Source of the DNA: Eledone cirrhosa
Lineage: Eukaryota
Length of the DNA stretch: 64,000 nucleotides
Assembly (NCBI GenBank): GCA_964016885.1
Contig: OZ024741.1
Coordinates: forward strand, 341,806,001-341,870,000
Direction of reading: 5' to 3'
Shown here: piece by piece, positions 53,857-64,000 of the stretch
Numbering within the stretch: position 1 is the first letter of the stretch
Layout: every line of letters begins with the position of its first letter
Notes under the pieces: generated by a model
Databases searched by the model: none
Seen by the model: the letters and a program-made list of their open reading frames with translations, nothing else
What the model was told of the DNA's origin: nothing
Program-made: the position numbers and the translations under genes

Positions 53857-54364
53857 TTTTATATATATATATATATATTATCATCTGTTTTATTATTATC
53901 TGTTTTTCAGCATTGGTTGGCTGAGTCATCACTGTCTAAGTTTAAATATGTTGACTATTTTCACAACATGGCAAAGATGTTAAGTGATTTAATTATTGAT
54001 TGTAGGAAATTATTATACATTTAATTTAATTGTACAAATTTGTATAAAACTATGATCCTTTAAGGTTCAGTAAAGTGCTTCTCTGAGGTGTGTGTTCTAG
54101 ACATTATGGTATAGCACCAGCCCTAACCATGACACAATACAAAATAATGAAATGGGCGTAAAATGTTGATGACAATGATGATAATACAGACATGTACATA
54201 TAACCTTCACACATTAATACCTGTAGATTCATCTATAAGTCAAAATAAACTGATTGTTCCATCCAGCCTCCCCTACCATCACATCTAAAGAGAAACAAAG
54301 CTGAAAACAATTTTAGAAGTGGTTTAGAAAAAAAGTTCACACTGAGAAGTCTTTAAGTTGAGGC

Positions 54365-54830
54365 TTAACCCTTTTGATACTAATACAGCTAAAACCAGCT
54401 CTGGTTCTATGAAACAAAATCCTTCATTTTAAAAATTTCCTATTTAACTCTTTTGATATCAACAGGGCTATATTTAAACCTTGGGGGGCCCAGGGCCGTT
54501 TCTAGAAAGAGCCTAGTTTGGAAAATTGTGCCCAGGGCATTAGCCACCTCCCCAATAAATCGAGCTCTAGATACCAACTCAGCTAAAACCTGCTCTCATT
54601 CTATGAAATAAATCCACCCATTTTATTGGTTTCCAATCTAACCCTTTTGACACCAACTCAGCCAAAACTGGCTCTAGTTCTATAAAACAGAATCACCCAT
54701 TTTAAAGGGTTCCTATTTAACCCTTTTCATACCAACCTGACCAAAACTGGCCCTTAGGACCTATTTTCTAAAGTTCTTATTGAACCCTTTTGATACCAAA
54801 ACCAGTTCAGGTTCTATGGAACAAAAGCAC
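54365..54830. repeat. Tandem repeats of a TTAA-MITE terminus (~5 units)
   Basis: AACCCTTTTGATACCAAC...AAAACCAGCTCTGGTTCTATG recurs. Confidence 0.75.
54463..54569. mobile_element. Small hAT-like MITE
   Basis: CAGGGC...ATTTA / TAAATCGAGCTCTA ends; 8-bp TSD GATATCAA/GATACCAA. Confidence 0.55.
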
Positions 54831-54959
54831 ATTCTCTTATACAAACATAGACATTCATTCATGCACACTTATTTACACACACACACACATAAACACATTC
54901 ACACACACACATATACACACATTCACACACATGTGTGTATTGGACTTCCATCAGTTTCA

Positions 54960-55243
54960 ATGTCAAGTGTTCTATTTGTTTGAATAACAAGACAGCCTAC
55001 CTATGAAATTAGCATGTAAGTGGCTGAGTATTCCCTCAATGTAATTCTCAGAAAAACACAGTGTGTAATATGGCTGGCTCTTTGAATTACAGGTACAACT
55101 CATTTTTGCCAGCTGAATGGACTGGAGTGAAATAAAGTGTCTTGCTCAAGGACACAATACACCACACCATCTGAGAATCGAACCCACCCATGACCATACA
55201 ATTGTTAGCCCAGCACCCTAACCACTCATCCACTCACCTTCAC
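54960..55243 (-). mobile_element. Diverged SINE (family B-like head)
   Basis: GTGAAATAAAGTGTCTTGCTCAAGGACACAA...GAATCGAACCC. Confidence 0.75.
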
Positions 55244-56364
55244 ACTAGCACATACACACTAACACATACACACTAGCACATACACACTAGCACATACACA
55301 CTAGCACATACACACTAGCACATACACACTAACACATACACACTAACACATACACACTAACACATACACACTAGCACATACACACTAGCACATACACACT
55401 AGCACATACACACTAACACATACACACTAACACATACACACTAACACATACACACTAACACATACACACTAGCACATACACACTAACACATACACACTAA
55501 CACATACACACTAGCACATACACACTAGCACATATACACTAGCACATATACACTAGCACATATACACTAACACATACACACTAACACATACACACTAGCA
55601 CATACACACTAACACATACACACTAACACATATACACTAGCACATACACACTAACACATACACACTAGCACATATACACTAGCACATACACACTAACACA
55701 TACACACTAGCACATACACACTAGCACATATACACTAGCACATATACACTAGCACATATACACTAACACATACACACTAACACATACACACTAGCACATA
55801 CACACTAACACATACACACTAACACATATACACTAGCACATACACACTAACACATACACACTAGCACATATACACTAGCACATACACACTAACACATACA
55901 CACTAGCACATACACACTAACACATGTACACTAGCACATATACACTAACACATACACACTAACACATACACACTAGCACATACACACTAACACATACACA
56001 CTAGCACATACACACTAACATATATACACTAGCACATATACACTAGCACATACACACTAGCACATACACACTAACACATATACACTAGCACATATACACT
56101 AGCACATATACACTAACACATACACACTAACACATATACACTAGCACATACACACTAACACATATACACTAGCACATATACACTAGCACATACACACTAA
56201 CACATACACACTAGCACATATACACTAGCACATACACACTAACACATACACACTAACACATATACACTAGCACATACACACTAACACATACACACTAGCA
56301 CATATACACTAGCACATACACACTAACACATATACACTAGCACATATACACTAGCACATACACT
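55241..56364. repeat. 14-bp minisatellite, ~80 copies
   Basis: Unit CACACTA(G/A)CACATA. Confidence 0.97.
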
Positions 56365-56504
56365 CTCATATATTCATATTTACATGTTTCTTTACTGTTT
56401 TGTTAATGAGGGAAGAGGCAGTGCCCATGGCCCTTTTCTGACCCTCAGAGAGTGACAGGATAGAAGGAGAAAAATATCCTCAAACCAACACCTTGGTCTG
56501 AATA

Positions 56505-58050
56505 CTGGACAACAGATTGGACTCTGTTAAAGACACCCAGGGTTTAGGTGATGTTATTAAACTGTACAACAGAGTGGACTCTTCTAAACACACCCAAGAT
56601 CCAGGTGATGTTATTAAACTGGACAACAGATTGGACTCTGCTAAAGACACCCAGGGTTTAGGTGATGTTATTAAACTGTACAACAGAGTGGACTCTGCTA
56701 AACACACCCAAGTTGGAAGTAAAAACCCAACGTCCACATACTCCCTCCACAGCACTAATATCAAGAAGTCTTCCTGTGAACGTGACCTGGGCATTACGGT
56801 CAGCAGCGATTTGCGTTGGACGAGGCACGTCTCTAAAATTGTCAAGAGGGTCGAGGGTGTCTTAGCATCACTCAGCAAGACCTTTGTCAGCCGCTCTCCA
56901 GATATCTATTTAAGGCTGTATACAGCTATGGTGCGACCACACTTAGAATTTGCATCACCAGTCTGGAACCCCTATCTTGCTCAGGACATTGACCGCCTGG
57001 AAACTGTTCAAAGACGTGCAACCAAGCGAATACCCTCCATCAGGCATCTACCATACTCTGAGCGCCTTGCTTCCCTGGGCATGGATTCATTGAAGCTCCG
57101 ACGCCTGGCAACTGACTTGGTAAACATCCACAAAATTGTTAACCATGTTGCCAACAACAACCCTGAGTACCTTTTCGATTTCCATGTGTCTAACACACGT
57201 GGACATGCCCACAAAGTAAGAAAACAGCACAGTTCCCATGACTTTCGGAAACATTTTTTCACGCTCAGAGTTGTTGAAGCATGGAACAAACTACCTGCAT
57301 CAGTTGTTGGCTGTCGAGACACTGCATCCTTTAAGGCCTCCATGCTTCCCGAGATCCGCCAACAGAACAGCTAACACATACACACATGTACTTCCCTGAC
57401 ATTTGTGTATTATTCTATGTACTATATTGACGAGTTGTAGTGCACCTGAGCACTTTACACAATAATTTCATTATTATTATTAAGATCCAGGTGATGTTAT
57501 TAAACTGGACAACAGATTGGACTCTGCTAAAGACACCCAGGGTTTAGGTGATGTTATTAAACTGTACAACAGAGTGGACTCTGCTAAACACACCCAAGAT
57601 CCAGGTGATGTTATTAAACTGGACAATAAAATGGACTATGCTAAAGAAACCAAAAGGCCAAGTGGTGATGTTGAAGTGGACAACAGCGTGGACTATGCTA
57701 AAGAAACCAAAAGGCCAAGTGGTGATGTTGAAGTGGACAACAGGGTGGACTATGCTAAAGAAACCAAAGGGCCAGATGGTGGTGTTGAAGTGGACAACAG
57801 GGTGGACTATGCTAAAGAAACCAAAGGGCCAGATGGTGGTGTTGGAGTGGACAACAGCGTGGACTATGCTAAAGAAACCAAAGGGCCAGATGGTGGTGTT
57901 GAAGTGGACAACAGGGTGGACTATGCTAAAGAAACCAAAGGGCCAGATGGTGGTGTTGAAGTGGACAACAGGGTGGACTATGCTAAAGAAACCAAAGGGC
58001 CAGATGGTGGTGTTGAAGTGGACAATAGAGTGGACTCTGCTAAACACACT
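56505..58050. repeat. 57-bp minisatellite interrupted by a CR1 insertion
   Basis: 19-aa period in ORFs 56517 and 57517; units at 56505-56712 and 57482-58050. Confidence 0.93.
56713..57481 (+). mobile_element. 5'-truncated CR1-clade LINE (RT C-terminal region, 3' UTR, (ATT)n tail)
   Basis: ERDLGI, LYTAMVRPHLEFASPVWNP, VQRRATK, YSERL, TRGH, FFTLRVVEAWNKLP; no stop until 57374. Confidence 0.93.
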
Positions 58051-58063
58051 CAAGAGCCATTAA

Positions 58064-58234
58064 CACCTTTGATACCAACCCATCCACAAAACCAGCCATA
58101 ATTTTATATAAGGACCATACATAAAGTTACTATCTTACTCATGAAATAATTAATAATATTACTAAATCCCTCTAAATTCTTCATTAATTAATTAAAATAT
58201 AGTGTATTTCATTAGAGATGTGGTAACAAATGGG
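58064..58234. mobile_element. TTAA-flanked MITE
   Basis: TTAA-CACCTTTGATACC...GGTAACAAATGGG-TTAA. Confidence 0.7.
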
Positions 58235-58569
58235 TTAAGTTTACTATGTAGACCATAGTGGGATTTGAGCTCAGACCACAAAACAGTAGGTACAAATACC
58301 AAAAGGCACCTCCTCCAATACACTTCCAATTACAGCACCAATCCATCACCCTGGACTGGTACTATATTTCATTGACCCCTAAAACAGCAAAAGGCGAAGT
58401 CGACTTTGGCAGGATTTGAAATCAGTATGCAGAGAGCCAACCGCTCTGCCAATTTGTCTCTCTCACCAATATACATTTATTCACACACCCACATGCTGTC
58501 TTTCTAACACACACTCTCTCTCTCTGTATATATATGTATGTGTATATATATATATATGTGTGTGTGTGT

Positions 58570-58835
58570 GTGGCCTAGTGGTAAGGGTGTTGAACTTACA
58601 ATCATAATGTTGTGGGTTCAATTCCTGGGTTACGTGTTGTTTTCTTGAGCAAAGTACTTCATTTGATGTTGCTCCAGTATACTCAGCTGAAAATGAGTAC
58701 CATCTATAGCTGGGGGTTTAACCCTGCGATTGACTGGCAGGGGGGGAGTCTCATACTCTCAGTCGCTTCACGCCATGAAACCGGGATAAGTACCGGCCAA
58801 ATGAGCCTTCTGGCTTAAGACAGACTTTAGACTTA
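58570..58835 (+). mobile_element. tRNA-derived SINE (third body type)
   Basis: TGGCCTAGTGG, GGTTCAATTCC, CTTGAGCAAAGTACTT, AACCCTGCGATTGACTGGC. Confidence 0.75.
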
Positions 58836-59145
58836 TATAAATACCATACAAACACACAAACTTTCGTCTCTTTTTCTCATACACACACAGTCTCTCTCTC
58901 ACACTAACACAGGCATACAAACAGGCTGCATACAAACAGGCTTATTTTTCTCTTTCTCACACAAAAAAAAGTATCTCTTTCTCACACACACACATACTTT
59001 TTCTCACCCTTTCTCATACACACACAATCTCTCTCTCTCTCTGACTCTCTCTCTCTTTCTTTCTTACACACACACACTGTCCCTCACACAAACTCAAACA
59101 CTCACAGTAACACATACACATTCACTCTCACTCATTCTTTTTCTT

Positions 59146-59186
<41 letters not shown>

Positions 59187-59934
59187 CACACACACACACG
59201 CTCACTCACTCACTCAAATCCAGTCAAGTGTATTTTCATATCCCCATTTCAATGCTTCCTATTTCAAATTTTCTTTGACCCAAACATATTTATAAGATAT
59301 ATGAGTAAAGACTGATTATTAAATTGGAAATTTAAAAAATAAAATTAATGCATTCAGGGTTATATTAAAATGTATTTCACTTTATATTAATAACCAGTTT
59401 AATATTCTTGATTTTAGTTTAAAAAGAAATGAGAATTTTATTGAAACTCCATAAAAAAGTATTTAGATAGAAGTTGTATATAAAGAAGTATAATATTTGA
59501 GGTTTATCTCTTAACAACCTGTAATTATTTAGTAAAAACTATAACAGCCTTGTTAATTCAAATGTTTATAGTAATTTTACTGGAGGGCAGATTGTTGTGA
59601 AAATTTGCAGTATTCAATTTAATTTGAGTAAATAATTTGTTAATGTGGTGCAATGCCTTGCTAATGTGATTCTTTCACCTATATCTGTTCAAACCAGCTT
59701 TAACTGGCTGCTCATACTCATGTTAAGGTAGTGTTCTCAAAATAAATAATATCAAAATCTCATAGATTCAATATTATGTGAGATAATTAAGTAAGATAAA
59801 GCCTTTACCACAAAAATACAACAGTATATATAGAGTAATGTAAATGCTAAAAGGTTAAGGATTATATACTTGTCATCCTCCTATAATACTTGTCTTTCGT
59901 CCCTTCCCACGTATTGTCACTTACCCAAGATTTA

Positions 59935-60287
59935 CCGTATTTCCCGGCATCAAAGATGATACTTTTTTCCTAAAATAAGTCTCAAAAATCTACCCTGCAT
60001 CCTGGAGGCCGAAGGTTGATTATTATTTTATTTCAGGGTGGTGGATTGGCAGTATCGGTAGAGGGTCGGACGCCATGCTTTCCAGCATAGTTACGTCCCT
60101 TTATGGTCTGAGTTCAAATCCCGCCGAGGTTAACTTTGCCTTTCATCCTTACGGGGTCGATAAAATAAAGTACCAGTAATACACTGGTTAATTGCTGGAA
60201 ATAATTTTTTCTTTTCAAATTTTTGCTTGTCAAAATTAGGGTGCATCCTCGAGGACAAAGCGTCTTCTTCGGCGCTGGGAAATACGG
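59935..60287. mobile_element. Tc1/mariner (pogo/Tigger-like) MITE with nested SINE A at ~60037-60200
   Basis: TA-CCGTATTTCCC...GGGAAATACGG-TA. Confidence 0.85.
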
Positions 60288-60533
60288 TACTTATCATCCT
60301 AACCCACTCTCCATTACATTTCCTCCTACCTCTCCCTCTCATTTCCACCTACCTCCCCATCTCCTACCTCCCTCCACATTTCTCCACCTCCTAACTCGCC
60401 CATCTTAGTTCCTCCTACCACCTTATCTCCTCCTACCTCCCCCCTCATACCTCGCCCATCTTAGTTCCTCCTACCACCCTATCTCCTCCTACCTCCACCT
60501 CACATTTCCTCCTACCCCATCATATCCCCACCT

Positions 60534-61460
60534 CCTATAGTGTAAACCAGTGGTTCCTATAGTGTAGACCAGTGGTTCCTATAGTGTAGACCAGTGGTTC
60601 CTATAGTGTAGACTAGTGGTTCCTATAGTGTAGACTAGTGGTTCCTATAGTGTAGACTAGTGGTTCCTATAGTGTAGACCAGTGGTTCCTATAGTGTAGA
60701 CTAGTGGTTCCTATAGTGTAGACTAGTGGTTCCTATACTGTAGACCAGTGGTTCATATAGTGTAGACTAGTGGTTCCTATAGTGTAGACTAGTGGTTCCT
60801 ATAGTGTAGACTAGTGGTTCCTATAGTGTAGACCAGTAGTTCCTATAGTGTGGACCAGTGGTTCCTATAGTGTGAACCAGTGGTTCCTATAGTGTAGACC
60901 AGTGGTTCCTATAGTGTAGACCAGTGGTTCCTATAGTGTAGACCAGTGGTTCCTATAGTGTAGACCAGTGGTTCCTATAGTGTAGACCAGTGGTTCCTAT
61001 AGTGTAGACTAGTGGTTCCTATAGTGTAGACCAGTAGTTCCTATAGTGTAGACCAGTGGTTCCTATAGTGTAGACTAGTGGTTCCTATAGTGTAGACCAG
61101 TGGTTCCTATAGTGTGAACCAGTGGTTCCTATAGTGTGAACCAGTGGTTCCTATAGTGTAGACCAGTGGTTCCTATAGTGTAGACCAGTGGTTCCTATAG
61201 TGTAAACCAGTGGTTCCTCTAGTGTAGACCAGTGGTTCCTATAGTGTAGACCAGTGGTTCCTATAGTGTAGACTAGTGGTTCCTATAGTGTAGACCAGTG
61301 GTTCCTATAGTGTAGACTAGTGGTTCCTATAGTGTAGACTACTGGTTCCTATAGTGTAGACCAGTGGTTCCTATAGTGTAGACTAGTGGTTCCTATAGTG
61401 TAGACTAGTGGTTCCTATAGTGTAGACTAGTTGTTCCTATAGTGTAGACTAGTGGTTCCT
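60534..61460. repeat. 22-bp minisatellite, ~41 copies, equal to the TSD plus TIR start of the adjacent hAT MITE
   Basis: Unit GTGTAGAC-(C/T)AGTGGTTCCTATA. Confidence 0.97.
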
Positions 61461-61618
61461 AAAGTGGGTTCTGCGAAACCCAAGGGTTCCCCCAAAGGAG
61501 TGTCTGGGGTTCCATGAAATAAGATAGAGGAGTATATTTATATTACAACCATATAACAGTAGTAGACTTTGGAGTTCCCCAAAAAAGAGTTCCATGTTTG
61601 AAAGTTTGAAAAATCCTG
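61450..61618. mobile_element. hAT (Charlie-like) MITE
   Basis: TAGTGGTTCCTAAAGT...AGTTTGAAAAATCCTG; TSD GTGTAGAC/CTGTAGAC (7/8). Confidence 0.75.
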
Positions 61619-62511
61619 CTGTAGACAAAACCCTTCATTCATGACACAACAATCGCATTCTAGTGAAGTTCCATGAAAAATTGCACCCAGTACACCCTGT
61701 AAAGTGGTTGGTGATAGGAAGGGCATCCAGCTGTAGAAACCATATAAAAAAAAGGGATGAAAGAACTCTTCAGTTGTGTCAAAGGTAGGACAAACTGTCA
61801 AAATTGTATATTACCTCAGCATGGCCACAGTCTAATGACAGACCAGTAAATTTAAACACACTTAGTATACTTTGTGATGTGGTAGGTGGTAGGAAGGGCA
61901 TCCAGCCATAGAAAACTTGTCAAAGAAAAGGTCAAGAGGACCCTTCCGTTTCGTCAAAGATATAACAATCTCCGTAGGGCTGGAGCCATGATAAAATGCA
62001 CCGAGTGCATTCTGTAAAGATGTGGTAATCAGAGCCAAACATCCGAATTATTACGCCACACGCCTTCACACAACAGTGGTACATGAAGACCAACACATAC
62101 ACACACACACATATTACACATACACACACACAACAGTGGTACATGAAGATCAACATATATACACACACAGATATTACACATACACACACAAACATATATT
62201 ACACACACACACCTTCACACAACAGTGGTATATAAAGGAGTGTAACCAAGGCTGGGGCTTCTATTAAGACCAACATATATATATATATATATATATATAA
62301 ATACACACACTTATACACATACACACGCACAAACAGACATTACAACACCACACATACAAACACACAAGCACACAAATAAACACACGCATATATACACACA
62401 CACACACCACTCGTGTTCTGCAATGAAAGGATTTGAAACTTTAATACTGCCTTTGAAGTGTACCCACACGCACACACACACACTCATGCTCTCCTATGAA
62501 GGCTTTCAAAC

Positions 62512-62895
62512 TGATACTGTCTTTGAAGTGTACGCACACACACACACTAACACTCACTCACACACACACACACACTAACACTCACTCACACACACACACT
62601 AACACTCACAGACACACTCACTCACACACACAAACAAACACTCCCTCACACACACACAAACTCTCACACACACACACAAACACTCACACACAAACACTCA
62701 CTCACACACACACTAACACTCACTCACACACACACACAGTCACACAAACAAACACTCACACTCACACACACACTCACTAACACTCACTCACACACACACA
62801 AACACTCACTCACACACACACACACTAACACTCACTCACACACACACACACTAACACTCACTCACTCACACACACACACACTCAGACAGACACAC

Positions 62896-62964
<69 letters not shown>

Positions 62965-63006
62965 TAACACTCACTCACACGCACGCACACAAACACTCAC
63001 TCACAC
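62512..63006. repeat. (CA)n/(CACT)n compound microsatellite
   Basis: Direct reading. Confidence 0.93.
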
Positions 63007-63199
63007 ATATATATATATATATATTAACGAGCAGCTACTAAATTACTCACAATGAAATGATTTGCCCAGTTTGCATTAATAAATTGATAGGTATATATTA
63101 CATATGTGTGTGTGTGTGTGTGTGTGTATACATATATGTTTATATATATATGTGTTTATATACATATATATATATATATATATACACATGTGTGTATAA

Positions 63200-63493
63200 A
63201 TACTTCCATTCTCACCGCAGCCATATACAGGTTGTATGTCACCTGCATTCATAGTGTTATGCTGCATGGCTCTGAAGCATGGGCAGTGACTGCAGAGGAT
63301 TTGCACAGGTGGGAGAGAAATGAAGCAAACATGCTTTGATGGTTGTGACCAGTTGTAGTGTGCAGAAGAGAAGATTGTGTTGATATGGATATGTGATGTG
63401 TATAAAGGATGACAGCTGCATAAAAAGGTGCAGTGCTTTCAAAATTGATAGAAGCTATAGAGTAGGAAGAGCAAAGAAGACTTGGGATGAAGT
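63200..63493 (+). mobile_element. Decayed RTE LINE ORF fragment
   Basis: RLYVTCIHSVMLHGSEAWAVTAEDLHRWERNEANML matches RLYDACIRTAMLHGSETWALCAEDIRRLERNEACML in ORF 21010..21351. Confidence 0.88.
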
Positions 63494-64000
63494 GATAGAA
63501 GCTATAGAGTAGGAAGAGCAAAGAAGACTTGGGATGAAATGATAGAAGCTATAGAGTAGGAAGAGCAAAGAAGACTTGGGATGAAGTGATAGAAGCTATA
63601 GAGTAGGAAGAGCAAAGAAGACTTGGGATGAAGTGATAGGAGCTATAGAGTAGGAAGAGCAAAGAAGACTTGGGATGAAATGATAGAAGCTATAGAGTAG
63701 GAAGAGCAAAGAAGACTTGGGATGAAGTGATAGGAGCTATAGAGTAGGAAGAGCAAAGAAGACTTGGGATGAAATGATAGAAGCTATAGAGTAGGAAGAG
63801 CAAAGAACACTTGGGATGAAGTGATAGGAGCTATAGAGTAGGAAGAGCAAAGAAGACTTGGGATGAAATGATAGAAGCTATAGAGTAGGAAGAGCAAAGA
63901 AGACTTGGGATGAAGTGATAGAAGCTATAGAGTAGGAAGAGCAAAGAAGACTTGGGATGAAATGATAGAAGCTATAGAGTAGGAAGAGCAAAGAAGACTT
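63447..64000. repeat. 47-bp minisatellite, >=11.8 copies, running off the window end
   Basis: Unit GATAGAAGCTATAGAGTAGGAAGAGCAAAGAAGACTTGGGATGAA(G/A)T. Confidence 0.97.

Overview
A 64-kb AT-rich, gene-poor stretch of eukaryotic DNA, probably intergenic or deep intronic. The (TA)n/(CA)n/(CAT)n density and the SINE types most resemble an octopod cephalopod genome, which is an inference. I can support no intact host gene, and nearly all track ORFs are microsatellite translation artefacts. The identifiable content is a 5'-truncated RTE-clade LINE (RT with YADD and a Cys/His finger), CR1 and R4-like LINE fragments, two Penelope-like GIY-YIG relics, two tRNA-derived SINE families (one sharing the RTE 3' tail), hAT, Tc1/mariner and TTAA MITEs, a likely solo LTR, and more than ten minisatellite arrays, several traceable to transposon sequence. 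The main hidden signal is about a dozen type I hammerhead ribozyme motifs (CTGANGA...GAAA...TH), intact or decayed. They sit mostly in short, mutually unrelated, often fold-back inserts in (TA)n tracts, and two of the inserts carry inverted twin hammerheads. This looks like a diverse Penelope/retrozyme-like self-cleaving RNA element population. Ribozyme activity is inferred from sequence only, and coordinates were counted by hand.
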